Source: Callorhinchus milii (taxonomy: Eukaryota). Taken from it: DNA of 64,000 nucleotides. Shown here in pieces: positions 53,012 to 64,000 of this stretch; the first letter of the stretch is position 1; every line of letters starts with the position of its first letter. The notes beneath the pieces were generated by a model. It worked only from the letters and a program-made list of their open reading frames with translations, searched no databases and was not told where the DNA came from. The stretch covers positions 125,490,001-125,554,000 of the forward strand of contig NW_024704742.1 in NCBI RefSeq assembly GCF_018977255.1, given 5' to 3'. The position numbers were made by a program, and so were the translations under genes.

Positions 53012-54922
53012 CTAAGTGGAACAAAAGGCAAAAGCATTTCAGACACAGCAAAGCAGGTATCACCACTCAAGCAGTCTTCAAACCAATGAAGCCATTCTGG
53101 TTTCCAATACAATTATATGTTTACGAATTCTAGGCTTTCAGAAAATGTGGACTCCATTACGTCAGCCACAACTGCTTATAAACTGTAACTACGATACAAT
53201 ATAGCACCGTTCACATCAGGAGGACGTCTTAAAGCATTTAACATTGTTGTCTGGGCACCTGTGCTCAGGGTGGAAAGGGGCAAGTTGATCAGAAGTGCAG
53301 TCGAAGAGTTTTATTTTGAGTCGAGCACTGTAGCTCTTTTGGGCTGAAGTGTCTTCTAGCCCAACACAGCAGTGCGTGCAAAGTGCCATCATGCAGCAAC
53401 TACAAGAACAACAGTTTGCACTTATACAAGCACTTTTCACATAGCAGAACATCTCAAAGTACTCGACAGAGACAGCCTGGGAGATAGGCGTGGGTGGGAG
53501 GGGAATGAGATAGGTGCAAAGTGGCAAAAGGTGCAGTCAAAGGAACAGGTTTTTAAGATGGATTTTGAAAGCAGAGAATTTCATTCAACAAATTCAGCTC
53601 ACGAGTTCATAAATTGAACCCCAGCATCCATAAGTCACTGAGATCATGGCTGGATCTAGAGAGATTAAGGGATATGGGGATAAGGCAGGCAGATGGAGTT
53701 AGGTTAGAAGATCAGTCATGATCTCATTGAATTGTGGGGCAGGCTCGAGGGGCCGAATGGCCTACTCCTGGTCCTAATTCCTATGTTCCTATCATGAAGC
53801 AGTTCAATACAGTGCACGAGAAGAAAGCTGGGAGGCTCCACCATTGTAAAAGATCCCTATCTTAACCTAAAGCTCCCACTGACCAGTCAAACAGAAGGTG
53901 CTTCTCTTCACAATGGGGTCATACCTAGAACCATAGAAATTGACTACACATCATGTCTCTTTAAAGAACAATTCTTTCAGTCCCATTTACCTACCGTTTT
54001 ACCCATACCCATGTAGTTTGCTCCTTTTTAGATAACTATCTAGTGAAGAACAGCCAGTCTGGTGAGATATTGGCAGATGGCTGTAGCTCAATGTACTATG
54101 AGCCAGCAGGAGAAGGCGCATTTAAGTAAGAAGGGCAGAAAAGTGGAAGGAAATAAAAAAGGTAGGAGCCAGTACATAAACCATAACATTCAGTGCTCAA
54201 AAGTGTTTTTGGGAGGGGGGTGAGGGGGGGGCCTGAAAAGGCCCAAAAGGAGTAAATTGCAGGTTTGGGATTTACTCTAATGATGTATTTAATGATACTA
54301 ATGATAATTTCACTCTCAAAATACAGTCAATTCACTTTACTCTATATCCTGTGAATCACTTTGAGACATCTCAATGACATGATAAGGTGAAACATCTAAA
54401 AGTACAACAGTTTGCACTTTTCACTTAGAAGAACATTTCAAAGTACTTTACAGAAACAGAGATGGTGGTGGAGGGGTGGGGGCGTGGGGTGAGATAGGTG
54501 CGAGGTGGCCAAAGGTACAGTCAAAGAGACAGGTTTTTAGATGGATTTTGAAAGCAGAGAAGTTCATTGAACTGATTCAGCAACAACAACAAAATGACAT
54601 TTGTATAGTGCCTTTCACATCGGGAGGACGTCCCAAGGCGCTGGACAGTCAGAGTTTCGGACCCAAGCTGGGGGGTCGGGATTGGGAAGGTTAGAGGGCA
54701 GGGGGTAAGCCGGGTGATCGAAAGCATGGTCGAAGAGGAGGGTCTTGAGATGGGTCTTGAAGGACGCAAGGGAGGGGGCGAGGCGGAGGGCTTGCGGGAT
54801 GGAGTTCCAGAGGATGAGGGAGCAGAGTGGCAAAAGATTCAGCTAACAAGTTCACAAATCAAATGCAAGGAATATTATGTGAGTAAGAATGGACTGTCAC
54901 ATTCAACCTCAATGATACTTGC

Positions 54923-54992
54923 CTGAGTAACCAAAAGAAATACTTGACAATGGGCTAAGGTAGATGCCATTTCCATACACTGCACCATGGAG
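54923..54992 (-). CDS. PARP8: PARP8 exon LHGAVYGNGIYLSPLSSISFGYS(G), followed by a GC donor
   Basis: ccacag|CTC...CAG|gcaagt, 70 nt; contains the GIYLS motif of the ART fold. Confidence 0.92.
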
Positions 54993-55632
54993 CTGTGGAA
55001 ATCAGGGAAACAAACAGTTATAAAATAGATGAACAAGAAAAATAATTCTTCAGATTATTGGATGGTACTTTGAATTATACATTCAAACAGATATATAACA
55101 AAATAAAATGACCTTTTAAGGCTAGAACAACAAGCTATTATTAATATTAATAACAACCTGCCTATATATAATGCCCTTCATGTAGGATAATGTCTCAGAG
55201 TGAATTACAGCGGAAGTTTCTTTTTGGTTAGCCGGGTGTCTGACACCTACAGAAATCACCACTCTAACCAAACCAATCTGCGAATTCCACGCATCAAACC
55301 TACACATAGAAATTCCAGAGGTAGATTGTTGGAATAGAATACACATTCTCTCCTTGAGGGACAGATCCTGCTTACCTAATTCTGGAAAGTATTAGGCGCA
55401 GGTTGGCAGGAGCCTTGGCTTGGGGTCTTCAGAGTTGGGCATGTTGGGGTCGCTGGAGTCTAACCAGCTAAAACCACACAGCTTGCCATTGATAGCACTG
55501 TCTGGCAAGCAATCCCACCGCTTGCCCAGCTAGGATCACCCTACCCCTCAGAGCTTTGGCTTGCAGGGTTAAAAGGAGGTCAGTGAGAGGATATCCTGCC
55601 CATATTGACTGGTTTCCCCTTCTAAGTCCTGA

Positions 55633-55954
55633 TAATAATAATAATAATAATAATAATCCTTGCATTTGATTTTGCGCTTTTCACGTCGGGAGGACGTCCC
55701 AAAGCGCTTCACAGAACACACTGTAAAGTGAATTGACTGTATATTTGTGGGCGAACGCGGCAGCCAATTGCGCACAGCAATGTCCCACAAACAGTCATGG
55801 ATTGAAAATGACCAATTTATTATTGTTTTTTTTTGGAGGGATTATTATTAGGCGTGTGGAGTAAGGAAACTTGCCCAAGGTTTCGCCCTGCCTGGAATTG
55901 AACTCAGGTCTCTCACTTGCAAAGCGAGTGCTCTAACCATTGAGCTACAGGACA
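55633..55954 (-). mobile_element. tRNA-Ala SINE
   Basis: Near full-length reverse-complement match to the family. Confidence 0.92.
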
Positions 55955-56314
55955 GGATGATGAGCAAGGTGGCTGTACTGCCATCAGCAGTGTCCTGGAA
56001 TACTGTAGATCTGCCTGGCACAGGAACCGGGAGAGGAGTAACACATGAACTCACCTGTTCATTATAAAGTAGTCAAGGATACTTTATGAGATGCTGAGCA
56101 CAAATGAATGAAATAAGTGAAAGACTAAAACTTGAGGCCCTTTGAGGGCTCCTGAATAACAAGTACGACCACTACAACATCACCTCTAAAGAAGGAAGGT
56201 GGTGCAAAGGTGTAGGTGTCATGTACCAATACATGATTGAGAACAGTATCTAATTTGTAAAGAACTAACTGAGCACTTTGCTCATACAGGTTTCAGAGCA
56301 CGGTGTGTCCTTAC

Positions 56315-56387
56315 CTGTAATCTTGTGTTTGATGCAACAATTAAACCGTTCCTTAAAATTGAGTGCCAGTTCTCTATGTGTGAGCCA
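56315..56387 (-). CDS. PARP8: PARP8 exon (H)GSHIENWHSILRNGLIVASNTRLQ
   Basis: ccacag|T...CAG|gtaagg, 73 nt; PARP6/8 signature HGSHIENWHSILRNGL. Confidence 0.95.
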
Positions 56388-56843
56388 CTGTGGACAGAGC
56401 ACAAACACAGTCAGTATCTAACAAGCTTCTGCTTCAGAACTGTTTTAGTTTGGCCGTGTTGTAACACGTCCCGTTGAGAGCGCATCCTTTAAAATACATG
56501 TGTCTTGAGGGCACGCAGTTACCCAAAACCTGCTACAGTTCCAGCCAGTCAGCCACGACCTGTTTCACGAGTGGTAGAAATACTTGCAAGAGCAATCGCG
56601 ACTGATCTGTCAGCTTTCTGCGCGCTACACTTATGCATAGGAAGCCAGCGAGTCTGTGCTGGAAGCTATGTTAGCAGCAACCTAATATACAGTATTTAGT
56701 AAATAGGTCAATATCATGAGTCCAAATATATATATAGATATGCATATATGGACAAATTGTAGAAAAGGCCGGAGAGCAGAGCTTTTATCCAGGCCTACGG
56801 GAGAAGCCGTCTTACGTCTTCAAAGATAAAAGCAGAAACTCAC

Positions 56844-56956
56844 TGAAATGCAAAGGTGCTCCCGTAAAGTTTCTTTGCTGCCCTGAAATTGGATTCTTTG
56901 GCCGGTGGACTGCTGAGGAGCAGGAACTGATGCGGGGTGTGCATGAACTTCAGTTG
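56844..56956 (-). CDS. PARP8: PARP8 exon QLKFMHTPHQFLLLSSPPAKESNFRAAKKLYGSTFAF(H)
   Basis: cacag|CAA...CA|gtgagt, 113 nt; the catalytic His codon is split across the junction. Confidence 0.95.
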
Positions 56957-58090
56957 CTGTGTGAAAGAGGAACGTGAGAACGTTACAATACAGCCACTAA
57001 ACTCACTACAGCACCAAGCAATTGGCACAGCTGATCATTCTGCACTGGCCACTCCTGCCTCCCTCCGTGTGTTAAAATCTATGTTTAGAATAATCCCTGC
57101 GTTTGATATATCGTCTTATCACGTCATTGAGATGTCTCAAAGCTCTTCACAGGATTTTACTGTAAAGTGCAGTGACTGTGTATTCTGTAAGTGCTATACA
57201 AATGTAATTTGTTGTTGATTGTTTTTGTAGGCAAATGTGGTAGCCAAAGTCCCACAAACAGCCATGAAGTTAATGACCAAGTTATTATGGAGGAGTGGTG
57301 GCCAGGACACCGGGAAAAACACCCTTCTCTTTTCGAATAGTTGGGATCTTGGGATCATTGTATAATTTCTCCCAAAACACACTTCTGTGGTGTTTTAGGA
57401 AGGATGACACAGGGGTGGGAGGAAATCTTAGTAGGAACCCACTGCTCAAGTATATCACAATGTCACTAACACTGCATTTGTCATGCAGTGTAACAAGCTT
57501 GTAGCTTTTTTGTAGGACTTCTTTGTTGCTTATGAACCCGGCTAATAGATTATTTGATATCTTATTCGGTGTTTTGATCGCAACTGGGTGGTTGAAAGTG
57601 CAGTACAGTACAATGCATCCTAAATTATAACACTAATAAGAGAGGGGTTTTGGGGTCAGCCGGATGTCTGACACACAGAAACCCATCACCATGTTGAAGA
57701 ATATCCAAACCAAACTCCTGAGATATTTCTATCTGTCTGCTATGGACACTCTCTCCTTGGAGGGATACACCTTGCATTACCTAATCCTGGAAAGTAACAT
57801 GAACAGGTTGGCAAGAGCCAAGGCCATAAACCCCAGGATACTGCCGGAGTTTAACCAGCTAAAACCCAGAAGCTTGCCATTGAGAGCACTGTTTGATCTC
57901 AGGTGGTCTACTTGGAACGAAAGGGGGGGGCGGTGCGCGGAATATAGTTGAACGTATCAGAGTTGGAGTCATTGCGGTATTTAAGAATATCGCATAAATT
58001 GTAGCTCACACAAAATATTTAATTTAAGAAACACTTAAATTCACTTTTACATGGAAGCAAATTGTCTGCATAGCACTGAGCGAGACTCAC

Positions 58091-58139
58091 CCTATTTACA
58101 GGTAACTTTACAATGTGGGACCTGTTACTGGAAATAATC
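58091..58139 (-). CDS. PARP8: PARP8 exon (W)IISSNRSHIVKLPVNR
   Basis: cactag|G...AGG|gtgagt, 49 nt, phase-compatible with neighbours. Confidence 0.93.
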
Positions 58140-58619
58140 CTAGTGGGAAAGAGACATATTAGTGTTACTCTGTATCCTTGGAAACAAATTTCTGAAATTC
58201 CACTTTGAATATTCAGAAACAGATTAACAAGTCTAAAAGATTTACTGGTTGTCACTGGTGAATGAGACACAGGCAAAGTGTGGCTGAACATAATGGGTTT
58301 TTAATGAAATCTGACCAAATAAAATCAGAAATGCTGCATGGTTGGAGAGATCAGCTCTGGCTGTCATAGAGGAAACAACACATAAAAAACACAAGCAAAT
58401 CTTCCAAATAGAAAGGAAAAGACACACTAAACTAGATACATTGATGATATCCTGTTAGAAACCATCTACTCCCATCCTTCCAGAACATCCACCTTACTAT
58501 CTCCCCGTCTCAGCATCAAGCTGTGTTTTTAAATGAGTCCAGTATCTTAACCTCAACCACCCATCCTGGCAATACGTTCCAGGGATTAATTACCCTCTGG
58601 GAAAGAAATACTTCCTGGA

Positions 58620-59222
58620 ATCCCTGATCCAAGCTTTCATTATGTCCTGGCTTGACTGCGCCAACTGCCTGTTCACTGGACTTCCCAAATCTTCCCTCCA
58701 CAAACTGCAGATTGTTCAGAACTCTGCAGCTTGTGTCCTCTCCCGCACCATGCTCCGGGAACCTATCACACCCGTTCTTGCCCGGCTTCACTGGCTCCCC
58801 ATTCCTCAGAGAATCGAGTACAAAACCTTTGTTCTTACCTTCAAAGTCCTCTACGGTCTTGCTCCCCTCTGACCTCATAACCCCATATCAGCCTGTCCAC
58901 CCACTCTGCTCGGCAGCCTGGTTCAGGTCCCCTACACTTCCCACCCCACTGTTGGTAGTCAGGCATTCAGCATCTCTGCCCCCATACTCTGGAACTCTAT
59001 CCTGCAATCCCTCCATCTCACCCCCTCTCTTGCCTCCTTCAAGTCCCATCTGAAGACCTTCCTCTGACCGTGCCTTCGGCCACCCTCCTACCCTCAACCC
59101 CCTCCCCTCCTCCCCTTCTGACACCAACGCCAAGCTTGGGTCCAAAACCCCTGATTATCCAGCACGCTGAGACATCTTTCCGACGTTAAGGGTGCTATTC
59201 AAGTGCAATTTGTTGCTGTTGT
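58620..59222 (+). mobile_element. L2 LINE 3' end in a PARP8 intron
   Basis: LQIVQNSAACVL..ITPVLARLHWLPIPQRIEYK. Confidence 0.88.
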
Positions 59223-59578
59223 AATCTGTCCTGAAATTGCCATTTGAAACTCTAAAGTAACGCTATAAAACTACGTGAAGACAGACATTAGGAAAAATTG
59301 GCAATGAAGATCAAAGCTAGGAGCTCCAAACAGATAACAGCATTCACACTTGCATCATGTAAAACAAGAATTGGTTAGATGAGTATTCAGTACTGTTGAG
59401 GTCAATGAATGAATGTGATAAGGATAGACTTAAGTAGAGGGCCCATTATGAAAGTGCGGGTTATGATAATGTGAACGGCATGCTTTGGATGAGAAAGGAA
59501 TGAGAGAGACAGAGCACAGGAACTTGCTTATTCCATCTTACAAGTTGTGAATGGTGTTGAATATTTCAATAGAAATAC

Positions 59579-59646
59579 CATTGTAACAAAGGATGTGCCA
59601 GAGGATCTTGCTTATCCATCTGCTTCTTGATTTCCAAGTATGGTGC
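59579..59646 (-). CDS. PARP8: PARP8 exon APYLEIKKQMDKQDPLAHPLLQ(W)
   Basis: AG/GT boundaries, 68 nt, phases 0 to 2. Confidence 0.93.
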
Positions 59647-61099
59647 CTGTCAAAACAAACAGCAAAACGTCTTTCCCACTTCACTGGAAGTAATAAATTA
59701 AAATTGAGAGCACAATGTTACAAGAGCCCTCTGTCACAAGCGTGCCACATTATACGGGGCTACTGAGGATATATCATAACCGGCTATAAATTAGAACTGT
59801 ACTACTGAGTAATGGTTAGATTGCTGGATGAAAATCAAACACATGTGGTGCAGAGAGCTGTGATATTCTGTTTCACATGGAAGGTGAAAAGTGCAATGAG
59901 CTACAGGAAAGGAATAATGTGAATAATGTGATGTGATTCATCAAATCTATTATGAAGCATCGCATTTTTCACCCCTTTATTTCTAAAATTGTTTGGTTGT
60001 ATTTTATGCATATGCAGTAAAGCCCCATTATAAAGCAAAGTTTGGGATCCATCATATCCCCACCCACACACAGTATATATCCCCACCCACACACAGTACA
60101 CAGTGTTTGACTGCACACACAACAGCTTGTTCGCTCCTAACACACTGTCCGATTCAGCGCTAAAGGAAGAAATGTGTGTCTTCTGTGTCAGTGAGTCACT
60201 GACAGCCTACAAATGTTTCTTCTACGAACACATAGTCACTCCCTTCACAGTAGAAATCCTGTAAAGTACTTTGGAATGTTCTCTCAATGTGAAAGGCGCT
60301 ATAAAAACTGCAACAGTTATTATTCATAATAACTGGCTGACTTCCCAGTCATTAGGCCATCACCGTCATCATTTCCTACTTTACACAATGGATTTAAAGA
60401 TCCATCAAAATGTAATAAACTCGTAGAATAGTCTCCAAGGGCTAAATGGCCTCCTTCTGTACCTGGTTTCCTATAGTTCCTTGGCTCTTGTCAATCTGTC
60501 CTTAACACTTTCTGGAATTAGGTAAGTAGGGTGTGCCCCTCAGGTGCGCACCTTGGAAGGATGTGCAAACTTCATTTCATGCAAAGGGAAATTTCCATAT
60601 GTAGGTGGAACTCTCGGTCTGATTTGGATACCTTAAGCGTGGTGATAGCCTTTCGTATGTGTTGACTGACCAAAAAATGTATAATAATCCCTGCATTGGA
60701 TATAGAACCTTGTCACACTGTCGAGAGGTCTCAAAGCGCTTCACAGGATTTCTGTCAAGTGCAGTGACTGTGTTTGTGGACTAACGCAGATATCAATTTG
60801 CACACAGCAATAATAATAATCACCCTTGCATTTAATATAGCGTCGTATTATATCTTCGAGACATCTAAAAGCACTTCAAAGAATATACTGTAATGTGGAC
60901 TGACTGTTTATTTTATCAGCGAAACACAGCAAAGAGTCCCACAAACAGTCATGGATTGAGTGACCAAATTATTATTATTATTAGGTAAACAAAGACGTGT
61001 GGAGTAAGGAAACTTGTCGAACATTTCGCTCTGCCCGGGAATTGAACCCAGGTCCTCTCGCTTGCGAGGCGAGTGCTCTAAACAATATGATACAGGACT

Positions 61100-61320
61100 C
61101 CACAAACAGCAATGAAGTGAATGACCAATTTTATCTAGGGTGTTTGTTGGCCAGCATACCAGGAGAAAACTCCCTTTTCTTTTCAAATAGTGGCATGGGA
61201 TCTTTAGCGTCCACCTGAACAGGCGGACGGGTTCTTGGTTTAATGTCTCATCCAAAGGATGGCACCTCCAATACTGCAGCACAACCCCAGCAATCCATTG
61301 AAGTGTCAACCTAGAATGTG
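61100..61320 (-). mobile_element. Older Deu-domain SINE (AmnSINE/SacSINE-like); related pieces at ~7440-7700, 12150-12270, 19290-19490, 31240-31500 and 34130-34370
   Basis: ggatgagacattaaaccaag..ttcaggtggacgctaaagatcccatgccacta on the minus strand recurs in diverged form at the listed positions. Confidence 0.7.
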
Positions 61321-62044
61321 ATTTTGGAGTCCGGACATATAATCATTGATAAGCACAACTGCACAAAACATACTCAAAAAGAAGAAATAACTTAAAACAT
61401 ACAAAATAGTAATATGTTTAAGAGTTGTGATAGATGTAGTTTGTAGCGCGTAGCATGTACCAGAAACCATCCAATGCAGTGATTCTTTGTAAGAGTTGGA
61501 AATTACACTGTATGATCCAGAGAGTGAATTTCTTAATGTGGATTGGAGCATTGTTCTACTGCAATCATTTAATCTTGCAAGTTTTTCCCGGAGAGCTTAT
61601 GAACAATTGCAATCCAATTTTAATGTATGAAATAAGGTTATGTTTATAATGTAACATTATTTTTAAGTTGGAATTGCATGACATTATTTCTGCAAAACTC
61701 ACCGAACGGAGATGAATAGTGCCTTGGGCACATTAACAAACATGGAGCAGAACAATCAATAGTTGGGGAGTTAAAAATAAGTATTGCACTTCATATGTTA
61801 TAATAATATTCCTTCATTTTATAAGTGAATGACCAATACATTTTGCATAGCATCCAGAATTTGGCAAATTCTTAACACAGTCTGAATTTTGAAGACGTTT
61901 TTCTGTACGTTTCTTTAAGAACGATGGAAAAACAGCTTCAAAGTTAAGACAGAATTCAGAACTAAAGTTCTGAGCTCCCTAAATTGCTACATAAATAGAG
62001 TAAATCTAAATCTAGGTGGAATTTCGCTCCAAAGTATGTCTTAC

Positions 62045-62110
62045 CTGGGTCATTTCCCTGATGGATGTGATGCTATCCAGTGCTTTAACTAAACGTTCAT
62101 AGTCTTTTTT
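62045..62110 (-). CDS. PARP8: PARP8 coding exon KKDYERLVKALDSITSIREMTQ (most 5' exon found in the window)
   Basis: tacctag|AAA...CAG|gtaaga on the minus strand; 66 nt; peptide recognised as PARP8. Confidence 0.92.
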
Positions 62111-62692
62111 CTAGGTAAAAAAAACAAGAAAATAGCAGTTTAGCAAGGAGGTTACATTAGATACTGTGTAAACAGAAACAAAATGCAATGCCAGCTTTCC
62201 AATGGGTATGAAACATTCAGTGAAATGACATATGGATGTCACCAAACTTGAACCTACTGCATAAAATTGCCTCTAATCTACTTTCTTGCTATATGTGGTT
62301 TCAGAATAAATCCACTTAGGAATCAATTAGAACTTATATCTGTATACATTAAAAGGTTAGCATTTGAAACAAATTAATATCCCTCTGATGCCACCTACCA
62401 CGTTCCTTCCTTTCTCAAAAGGCATAAGAACAACTGAGACTTTTGAGAAAGGCATAAAGTTCATTATGCCTTTCGGATAAAGGATATCAGAGTATCCATG
62501 CCAAGAAAGTCTTGGAATTAACAATGGAATAGTAGTTCCCACGACAGCCCAGTTCACATAATATTAAAGATAGAGTTAAAATGGGATACGTGAAAACATT
62601 TCTTCAGACAGAGGGTTGTGAGAAAGTGAACTGCACTGCCCCAGAATACCGCAGAGTCAATTGGGATGTTTTGAAGGGAATTAGACAGATAC

Positions 62693-63260
62693 AACAACAA
62701 CAATTTGCATTTATATAGCGCCCTTCATGCTGGGTAGCGTCCCAGAGCGCCTGACAGCCGGGGTGGGGGGAGGTGACTGTAAGTATAGTCAAAAAGGAAG
62801 GTCTTTAGGTGGGCTTTGAAAGTGGGGAGGGAGAAGGCAAGGTGGAGAGATTGAGGAAGAGAGTTCCAGAGTTTCGGGGCCTTGGGACTTCCTCCCGAAG
62901 TGAAAGGTGCTATACAACTGTAATTTTGCTGTTTTTGTAGTGGCTGAAGGCATGATTGCCGATGGTGGAGCAGAGGGGGCGAGGGACGGACAAGAGGCTG
63001 GAGCCAGCCGAGTGGAGGCAGCAGGTGGTAGAGTGGGGGCGGGGGGGGGGCTAGCAAATCGGATAGGTAGGGAGGGAGGTGCGAGGGCATGAAGGGATTT
63101 CAAAATGAGTGAGAGGATCTTGAAGTCGATCTGTTTGGTATGTGGGAGCCAGTGCAGCCTGGCAAGGACTGGTGTGATGGGTTCCGGAGTTTTGTGCGGG
63201 TGAGTATCCAGGCAATGGAGTTCTGAATTAATTGAATTTTGTGTATGGTAGAGCTGGGGA
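62693..63260 (-). mobile_element. L2 LINE 3' end with a small nested insertion
   Basis: LWNSLP..FKAHLKTFLF on the minus strand; (caa)n tail at 62693. Confidence 0.82.
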
Positions 63261-63744
63261 GATCAGCAAGCTTGTGAAGTAAGGGTATTAAAGGGTATAT
63301 AGAGAAAAGGCGAACATTAGATGATCTGCCACAACCCAATAAACTGGCAGAGCTGGCATCATAGCCTGAATGGTCTCCTCCTGTTCTTATGTTCCAAATG
63401 GCACTTGAGCACTGAACCACACAGAGCAAAAGGCTTCTCTTTGTTAGTCAGCTGATTTCAGTCATGGCAACTCGGGCTGATTTTTCCCTTAATTACATCA
63501 GGTGATCGAAGCTGATTGTAGAGTCGCCACTGAGATCAACCAACTTAGAGCGGAGCTGGATGTGAATTTGTGATCTTTGTATGGCATAGTACTGGAATAG
63601 GAGATTCCCACAAGCCCATTTCAGAGAGCACGGTGGATAGATCATAGATGATTTTTGTAACCATTTTACCTTGTAACACCAAGTGATAGTTCAGAGAGCT
63701 GGACATTATTTTACATGTTAATAACAATCCTAACCAACAACCCA

Positions 63745-64000
63745 AAAATATTACATTTATAGAGCGCCTTTCACGTCAGGAGGACGTCCCAAAGTGCTGA
63801 ACAGTCTGGTGTCGGGACCCGAGCATGGGGGAGGGGTGGTGTAGGGGTGAGGGAAGGCAGAGAGGTGGGAGGGTGACCAAAGGCACGATCGAAGAGAAGG
63901 GTCTTGAGACCAGCCTTGAAGGAGGCAAGGGAGAAAGTGAAGCGAAGGGATCGTGCGATGGAGTCCCAGAGTGTGGGGGCAGAGAGGCTGAAAGCCCGGC
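63745..64000 (-). mobile_element. L2 LINE 3' end running off the window
   Basis: atttatagagcgcctttcacgtcaggaggacgtccc tail shared with the other L2 copies. Confidence 0.82.

Overview
This is eukaryotic, vertebrate genomic DNA. The CR1/L2/tRNA-SINE landscape suggests a cartilaginous fish (inference). Two spliced genes could be rebuilt by hand, and they are convergent. (1) A complete 4-exon DTX3L-like Deltex E3 ligase lies on + (CDS 28676..38556, predicted 445 aa: KH-like region, C3HC4 RING, DTC). Its promoter carries GC boxes, CCAAT boxes and IRF/ISRE-like motifs. (2) The last 10 coding exons of PARP8 lie on - (62110..50821, 256 aa of the catalytic region), and one intron is GC-AG. The stretch ~1.2-7.4 kb is almost free of transposons and resembles a conserved regulatory block; by human synteny it may belong to the PARP8-ISL1 interval. 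The rest is mostly nested retroelements (CR1, L2, tRNA-Ala-derived and Deu-domain SINEs), palindromic MITE-like elements and microsatellites. Most short ORFs in the track are repeat-derived or chance. The most notable point is a compact Deltex gene with no detected RRM, sitting tail-to-tail with PARP8 rather than head-to-head with PARP9. Repeat boundaries are approximate and no database searches were run.
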